From positions 522,231 to 586,230 of the forward strand of contig JAGPFQ010000001.1 in assembly GCA_018056375.1 (NCBI GenBank): a stretch of 64,000 nt of DNA. The letters are read 5' to 3'. A program made the position numbers and the translations under genes. A model generated the notes under the pieces. The model was given only the letters and a program-made list of their open reading frames with translations, searched no databases and was not told where the DNA came from. Of the stretch, positions 58,183-64,000 are shown piece by piece (within the stretch, counting starts at the first letter, position 1; each line of letters opens with the position of its first letter). The stretch comes from Candidatus Dojkabacteria bacterium (GTDB taxonomy: Bacteria > Patescibacteriota > Dojkabacteria > SC72).

Positions 58183-58626
58183 TTATACCATGAATTTCCT
58201 GCTTTCGTAAAGCATTTCCCTGTCTAAATCTCTTTCTCTTTGCTTCGCTTTCTTCTCATATTGCTTTTTCCCTTTAGCAAATGCCACCTCTACTTTTATA
58301 AGCTTACCTTTTGTATATATAGAGAGAGGAATTAAGGTTAATTTTTTAGCTTGTATTTTACTCTGGACTTGTACTAATTCTTTCTTTTTTACCAACAGTT
58401 TTCTGCTTCTTCTACTATCATAGTGTTCATCAGAACTATATTTGTACTGAGGGATTTCCATATTAATAATGTAGAGGTCTCCATCTACTACTTTAACAAA
58501 AGAATCTGTAAGGTTTACTCTTCCATCTTTAATACTTTTAACTTCAGCTCCTGTTAAAACAATACCAGCCTCAAAGCTATCTACGATAGTGTAGTTGAAT
58601 GTAGCCTTTTTATTTGAAATTTTCAT
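58183..58626 (-). CDS. smpB: SsrA-binding protein SmpB
   Basis: KKATFNYTIVDSFEAGIVLTGAEVKSIKDGRVNLTDSFVKV...YESRKFMV, the canonical SmpB sequence. Confidence 0.9.
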   Translation of the reverse strand: MKISNKKATFNYTIVDSFEAGIVLTGAEVKSIKDGRVNLTDSFVKVVDGDLYIINMEIPQYKYSSDEHYDSRRSRKLLVKKKELVQVQSKIQAKKLTLIPLSIYTKGKLIKVEVAFAKGKKQYEKKAKQRERDLDREMLYESRKFMV

Positions 58627-58637
58627 GTCATATTATA

Positions 58638-61013
58638 CTACAATGCTATTCTCCAAACAGTTGTACCATCCAATACATACATATTTTCACCATTGTAGTC
58701 TACTACAAAGTCTTTTACATTGTTCAATACTGTATTATCATCACCTCGATATTCATACTGTTTTATCAAAAGTAGTTGATTAGGATGTCTTAAATCAGCA
58801 CCTCCTTCTTGTGGTTTTTGGAAGTGGAAAAACCTTTTACCTTCTGCATCAAACATGTAAAGACCACTATCCATACTATCTGCAAATGTGTATCCTTTAG
58901 TAATCTTACCTAACCCACCAGAGGGACCTGTAACACCTAATTCTGTCTGTATCTGCTTCTGCTCAAAGTAACTCCATGAGTATCTTACTATTCCTATTTC
59001 TTGTTCTACTGTTACATAGACACTAAAATCACCAAGAATATCTCTTGCATCTGCGAACAGTTCGTTTTCGATATATTTACTCAACATAGAGTATCTGTCA
59101 CCATATACTGCAGTTGACCTTAATATTGCTTTTTGATCTGCAGATAATAGGTATACATTATCATTCTCTGTAAGGATTATCATATCTTTAATGTCCGTGG
59201 CTTGAATATCTCTTCCTAAAAGACCTGGTAGTGATATTGCATTTTCTATTCCACCATCCTTGTTAAAAGGTATTTTGATAACACCAGCATCTTTATCATA
59301 TACAAAAGCCCCTCCAACACCAACAGAAACATTCATTGGACTCTTAAATAGTTTCTCCGTATCAGAAACTATCTGAATGGATGGTGTTTCTCCCAGTGGT
59401 GTAAAGAAGACAGCCTTTTTACCTTTGTCTGTAATAAAGATACCCTCTTTGCCATGGATGTCTCTGTATATCTCAATATCCGTTGGTTCACTACCCTCTC
59501 CTGAGCCATTTAAAACCATATCTAGATAACTGAAAATATTATTTTCCTCTTTTGAAACACCTACTTTCTTAAACAATCTATCCCCTATTTCCGATATCCT
59601 TACCTCTATTTTCTTCTTTGTTTCCTCGTCCTTTTCTCGAATACCTTCTGGAATCTCTTTAAATATCTGGGTGGCATCAAAATACGTTGTTTCTGCACTA
59701 GTTCTATCGGTTTCTAAATTACTTTCTGTTTTCTCTAAAAGATTCTCTATCTTTCTAAACTTCTCATTCGCATCCTTACCTAATTCGTTTAACTTCTTTG
59801 TTTTAATTGTAAAGTTAACTCCTAACACTATTAGTAATACCACAGCTAAGATGCCAAAGAGTTGTTTAAATCTCTTTCCTCTTAAATCTCTAACTTTGTA
59901 ATCATCTATTCTCATTACAGGGGTAGATACTCTCCTTACCGGTCTTCTACCTAAACTCATTTGTGAGTATCGTGCCATAATTCTTTTGAACCATTGTTTT
60001 TGTGCGAATTGTTTTGTAATCTTTTCCCAAAGTATAGAGAATATCTCCCTTATCTTTTGTCCTATTTTTGTAAGAACGGCTTTAATCTTCTCACATATTT
60101 CTTTTATCTTTTGTTTTATTTCTTCTGTTGGTTTTACTTTTGTATATGCATTGACAAAAAAGTTTTTTATTTTAGCTAGTATTAAAGATATTTTGTTTTT
60201 TTCTTCACTTCTTCTCTTAACCTCTTTTACATAGAGCTTTGGTCTCTTAGAGATATCTTCTTGTTGTTCTAATTCTAATCTAGCTTCCTCCTTTTCCTCT
60301 TCATCTTTTGGAATGAATGACTGTACTATCTTTGAATTTTCTTGTTTAGAATTGTCTATCTCTTCTTTTGGTTTGATTGGTTCATCTGTACCAAAAGCAA
60401 GAATAGCAGAAGAAAGTGGTAGGTTCACCCCTATTTTAGTAATCTCCCTGTATACCTTCTTCTCTTTTGTTGATGATACTATGTCTGGTATATGTGTAGA
60501 GAGTATTCCTTCTGTAGAGACAAGGAGGGCTTCATTTTCTTCAAGAACTATACCTGCAGTATTTGCATTTTTACTCTTCATAATTTCACTAATGTTAATT
60601 GCCTGACCTGCTTTGAGCACATAGATCTCACCATCCCCTATCGAACCTATGTAGAAACCTTCTTTCTTTTCTAATACCACAAGGATTGTTGTTTTAATTT
60701 CAACATCTTCAATATCCTTATCTGTTTGCATCAATGTTTTTAACTTATTAGTACCTTCTTCAAGAGCATTCTTCATTGCCTCATTTGTTGTTTTTGTATG
60801 AGCGTAGAGATATCCATCAGATATACTATCTATTACAAATTTAGAAAGCCGAACAAGTGGGGCTTTTTGTTCTGAAGATATTTTAAGAAGAATGTAAAGA
60901 TTACCATCTTTGGCTGATTTCTCCTCTCTGTTCTCAAAGAGATTTCTGTATATTGTCACATATGAGAGACCATTCTTCTCATTTGATATGTATTGTTGGG
61001 CAGGCGTTTTCAT
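58638..61013 (-). CDS. Large hypothetical single-pass membrane protein
   Basis: 791-aa ORF with a central TM helix (LFGILAVVLLIVLGV). No recognisable domain. Confidence 0.3.
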   Translation of the reverse strand: MKTPAQQYISNEKNGLSYVTIYRNLFENREEKSAKDGNLYILLKISSEQKAPLVRLSKFVIDSISDGYLYAHTKTTNEAMKNALEEGTNKLKTLMQTDKDIEDVEIKTTILVVLEKKEGFYIGSIGDGEIYVLKAGQAINISEIMKSKNANTAGIVLEENEALLVSTEGILSTHIPDIVSSTKEKKVYREITKIGVNLPLSSAILAFGTDEPIKPKEEIDNSKQENSKIVQSFIPKDEEEKEEARLELEQQEDISKRPKLYVKEVKRRSEEKNKISLILAKIKNFFVNAYTKVKPTEEIKQKIKEICEKIKAVLTKIGQKIREIFSILWEKITKQFAQKQWFKRIMARYSQMSLGRRPVRRVSTPVMRIDDYKVRDLRGKRFKQLFGILAVVLLIVLGVNFTIKTKKLNELGKDANEKFRKIENLLEKTESNLETDRTSAETTYFDATQIFKEIPEGIREKDEETKKKIEVRISEIGDRLFKKVGVSKEENNIFSYLDMVLNGSGEGSEPTDIEIYRDIHGKEGIFITDKGKKAVFFTPLGETPSIQIVSDTEKLFKSPMNVSVGVGGAFVYDKDAGVIKIPFNKDGGIENAISLPGLLGRDIQATDIKDMIILTENDNVYLLSADQKAILRSTAVYGDRYSMLSKYIENELFADARDILGDFSVYVTVEQEIGIVRYSWSYFEQKQIQTELGVTGPSGGLGKITKGYTFADSMDSGLYMFDAEGKRFFHFQKPQEGGADLRHPNQLLLIKQYEYRGDDNTVLNNVKDFVVDYNGENMYVLDGTTVWRIAL

Positions 61014-61014
61014 T

Positions 61015-61350
61015 TTATGCTAATACTAAAAACAGTAGGGCTAAAAGAGACCCTATTACTGTTGTTATTATATATATTACTGTTACACTTTTTACAATCT
61101 TGTTTTGAGAAGTGGAGAACGTATCTGAGAGTAATCTGGTTCTTAAGAAAAGAATTAAGGAAAACAAGACATTACCTAGGATAAATAGTACTAATGGTGC
61201 TTTAACTATCGATTGTATTTTTATCTTTGGTAATTCATTTGTGAGTTTAGGTGTTTCTACTGAATCCATAACCTCCCTAATTTCTCCTACCTTTGAGGTT
61301 TTTCCTAATATTTCTGGTTGTATTTCTTCTAAGATTTGATATGGATCCAT
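61015..61350 (-). CDS. Hypothetical membrane protein (YdbS-like partner?)
   Basis: Two TM helices. Start overlaps the stop of the upstream bPH gene by 1 nt. Confidence 0.25.
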   Translation of the reverse strand: MDPYQILEEIQPEILGKTSKVGEIREVMDSVETPKLTNELPKIKIQSIVKAPLVLFILGNVLFSLILFLRTRLLSDTFSTSQNKIVKSVTVIYIITTVIGSLLALLFLVLA

Positions 61351-61979
61351 TATATTTCACCTCCTTTTTTTAACTCTAAAAGATCTGAAAGTATATCTTG
61401 TACCTCTTTAGGGTTTGCTACTTCATCAAACTCTATTTCAGCTTTCGAACCAGCTGTTTGTATATATACTGTTCCTATGTTAAAGAAATTAGAGAGAAGA
61501 CCTACCTGTTTTGTTGTTATATCCTCTATTTTATCCAATCTTGCTTCTGTAGCTTGGTATGTAAAGAGTGCTTTAATATCTATATCTACAACTCTTTGAT
61601 CTGTAATTATATTCACATTGAAAAACCATTTTAGAAATGTGAACATTGCAATTGAGAGAGCAATTAGGAATATTATTAGGAAAAGAGCAAGACCTATGAG
61701 TAGACTTCCTAGGAATTTAGGTGCGAGGAGAAGACTTACAATAGCTAGTATCACTAGGAATATAACTAAGAGTATTTGTCTTAAAAATGCACCCCAATGT
61801 CGTCTAGTCACCAGTATTACTTGTTCGTCATTGTCTTTTCCTACAAATGTGGTATTTCTAGGGAAAGGCATGAATGTTTCAGAGGATTTTCCTTGGAGAT
61901 GAGCAATGAATGATTTATCCATTTTGCTATACTTTTCTGGAATATTTTCATTACTATTCTTCATAGTTGAGAATACCAT
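61350..61979 (-). CDS. Bacterial PH-domain (bPH_2, YdbT/YdbS-like) membrane protein
   Basis: Two TM helices followed by a PH-like beta segment (ITDQRVVDIDIKALFTYQATEARLDKIEDITT). Confidence 0.4.
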   Translation of the reverse strand: MVFSTMKNSNENIPEKYSKMDKSFIAHLQGKSSETFMPFPRNTTFVGKDNDEQVILVTRRHWGAFLRQILLVIFLVILAIVSLLLAPKFLGSLLIGLALFLIIFLIALSIAMFTFLKWFFNVNIITDQRVVDIDIKALFTYQATEARLDKIEDITTKQVGLLSNFFNIGTVYIQTAGSKAEIEFDEVANPKEVQDILSDLLELKKGGEI

Positions 61980-62045
61980 AGAATTGTATTGAAAACAAGG
62001 GATTTAGAAGTGTTTTTGAAAAACAGAAAATTCAAAATTATCTGT

Positions 62046-63935
62046 TTAATTTTGAACTATATTTATATGAATAAATCCTGGACATCCTCCACACTTTTGT
62101 GGAATGGATAAATATCCAGGAGCACGCATATTAAAGACATCTCGAAACACTGCTGTTGCCCCAGATGCTGATGTACTTCCATTAATAGCATAGGTTGTTA
62201 TTGATCCATTTTTTAACTGAACAGTAAAATTGAGCCGAACTGTCCAACCATTAGCATTTATCGCTTCAGCTTTAAGGACTTTTGCGATAGGGTCTTTCAC
62301 AAGATTCGCAAGCTCAGCATGTGAATACGGTTGTTCATTCTTCCCGAAACATGTATTAATATCTATCGCTGTCAACCTAGGATCAAATGCTGGTGCTCCA
62401 GGAGATGTGAAATATTTATAAGCATTTAGTATATCTGCAAGTTCCTCACCTGTCATCCAAGGCTTAGGATGAGTAGAACACGCTGTACCATTTCTTTGAT
62501 ACCAAATCTTATGAAACCAAGCTACACCTGCAAGTCCTTCCCAAGCCCTTTCTGTCCAAGGACCCTGTAAAGTTGTATTAACATCGTAACCGACACCATT
62601 AATATATCCACCAGTTACACTTGAATATTGAGTCGAGAATATTTCTCCTGAAGAATTTGCAAGAGTCATACCTTTTGTCTCAGCAACAGCTTTAGCCCAA
62701 GCTCCTCCATAAGGATTAGATGGATTATACACCTGACATGCTTGTGTAGTACAAATACTTTTAGAACCATTCCGCGTGTAGTTAACAGCAAATGTTCGAG
62801 AAGCTATGGCCTGTGCTTTTAAATTGTTCATATCCTGCGGTGTGTCTTTATTAAAAATTGGGTCTATCTCTCTGATACCCAAAAGATATTTCTCTAAATC
62901 TACCTTTCCATAGCCATCAACAGATATTTTTTCAGTTATAGAAGTTTCCACTTTATTGGGGAGCTTAACTGTACCTGTTTTGATTCTTTTTGTTTTGTAG
63001 TAGAAGCCTAGAATATCTAAATATGACTGACCATTAAGAGCCCTTTCCCAAGCACCCCACTGACTCATTCCATTTCTGTGAGTACTAGCTCCAAAACTAA
63101 ATATCCCAAATGTTCCACGAGGTGCATTTGCTTTGAAATATGCTAATTGTGTTGTTGGCTCTGCATTACTGGAAGGAACATTCGTACCAGATAAATCACC
63201 TCCACCCTTTAAATACAACAACATCTGCTGACTAGCAGATATCTCTTTTGCAAGCCCCCCTATTTGTGCTTTGATTGCACTTTTCTTTGCATTTTCTCTA
63301 TTCAACTCCGCCTGTAACTTAGCCCTCTCTTTATCTAACAATGCATATGATTTATCCAACTCATCCTTCTGTTTATCTAAAACCTCTTTCTCTTTATCCA
63401 AACCCTCCTTTGCTTCAACTAAATTACTAAATTCACCACTAATCTCCTCAACCCTATCCTTTAATATATTAAGAGCTCCTTTTCTAACATAAAAGCTTTG
63501 TACTAAATCCTTCCAATCAGAGAAAACAAAATTAGCAAACCTATTCCTACTCTCTACATACAACAAACCAGATATGGAATCCATACTCCCTCTAACCTCT
63601 TCTAATTCCTTCTGTTTCTGTTCTAATTCTAACAACTTCTTTTCAATCTCCTTAGCTTTACTATCAGAATTCGCTTTAGCTTTGTTAAGCTCCTCAGTCA
63701 TCAATCTAATCTTCTCCTGTAAAGATGCATTACTATCCTTAATTCCCTTAATCCTACTCTCTACTGTTTCTAATATTGATTTTTTACTAGAAAGCTCCTT
63801 CTGTTTTTGCTCTATTTGTTGTTCTAAATCAGCAATACCTTGTGCATTAACCACTCCTATGTAAGGAGTACAGAGAGAGAAAATGAATATTATTAAAAGA
63901 AAAATTGTTTTGTAATTTCCGGACAGTTTCTTCAT
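62046..63935 (-). CDS. SpoIID/LytB-domain cell-wall protein with N-terminal coiled coil
   Basis: Signal peptide, about 230-aa coiled coil, then SpoIID/LytB motifs (GTFGIFSFGASTHRNGMSQWGAWERALNGQSYLDILGFYY). Confidence 0.7.
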   Translation of the reverse strand: MKKLSGNYKTIFLLIIFIFSLCTPYIGVVNAQGIADLEQQIEQKQKELSSKKSILETVESRIKGIKDSNASLQEKIRLMTEELNKAKANSDSKAKEIEKKLLELEQKQKELEEVRGSMDSISGLLYVESRNRFANFVFSDWKDLVQSFYVRKGALNILKDRVEEISGEFSNLVEAKEGLDKEKEVLDKQKDELDKSYALLDKERAKLQAELNRENAKKSAIKAQIGGLAKEISASQQMLLYLKGGGDLSGTNVPSSNAEPTTQLAYFKANAPRGTFGIFSFGASTHRNGMSQWGAWERALNGQSYLDILGFYYKTKRIKTGTVKLPNKVETSITEKISVDGYGKVDLEKYLLGIREIDPIFNKDTPQDMNNLKAQAIASRTFAVNYTRNGSKSICTTQACQVYNPSNPYGGAWAKAVAETKGMTLANSSGEIFSTQYSSVTGGYINGVGYDVNTTLQGPWTERAWEGLAGVAWFHKIWYQRNGTACSTHPKPWMTGEELADILNAYKYFTSPGAPAFDPRLTAIDINTCFGKNEQPYSHAELANLVKDPIAKVLKAEAINANGWTVRLNFTVQLKNGSITTYAINGSTSASGATAVFRDVFNMRAPGYLSIPQKCGGCPGFIHINIVQN

Positions 63936-64000
63936 TACATGGATTATACCATTTAGAAGAAAATGTTTTTTACAAAATCTATAATATAAGGTAGAAAGAT

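Noticed and set aside
1-64000. CRISPR arrays, rRNA genes, prophage blocks
   Set aside because: No regularly spaced direct repeats with unique spacers, no rRNA-like conserved stretches, and no cluster of capsid/terminase/portal-like ORFs were seen anywhere in the window.

Overview
The window is low-GC (about 35% by eye), gene-dense and bacterial. Its gene content points to a Candidate Phyla Radiation (Patescibacteria) genome, which is an inference from three things: a form II/III RuBisCO, a compact alanyl-tRNA synthetase, and many membrane-anchored hypothetical proteins with few biosynthetic genes. Recognisable housekeeping genes, in order: an XRE/S24-like regulator, groES-groEL (minus), RuBisCO large subunit (minus), nusA-infB (minus), dnaJ (minus), alaS-ruvX-mltG plus an LCP-family gene (plus), a holA-like gene, rpsT, an Erm-family rRNA methyltransferase, lepA, recF, an ATP-dependent DNA ligase, an NTP-transferase, an ABC-F ATPase, nrnA, polA, ftsH, tRNA-Met(CAU), efp, a PpaC-like DHH phosphoesterase, initiator tRNA-fMet, an FtsB-like gene, a Xer-family tyrosine recombinase, tRNA-Ile(UAU), smpB and a SpoIID/LytB-domain protein. 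Accessory content: a sortase with a candidate xPETG substrate; several large surface proteins (cadherin-like, DUF11, Big_2 and a Cys-rich repeat protein); a Gram-positive-type type IV secretion module (PrgI/VirB3-like plus VirB4) with a VirD4-like coupling ATPase 22 kb away next to a tRNA and the recombinase; a Lon-derived AAA+ protein with no protease domain; and a KNTase-like Pol-beta nucleotidyltransferase next to a nested inverted-repeat element. Shared CIRCE-like operators sit upstream of groES and dnaJ. One GC-rich intergenic island upstream of polA remains unexplained. No CRISPR array, rRNA or obvious prophage was seen. All calls rest on motif recognition by eye; no searches were run.
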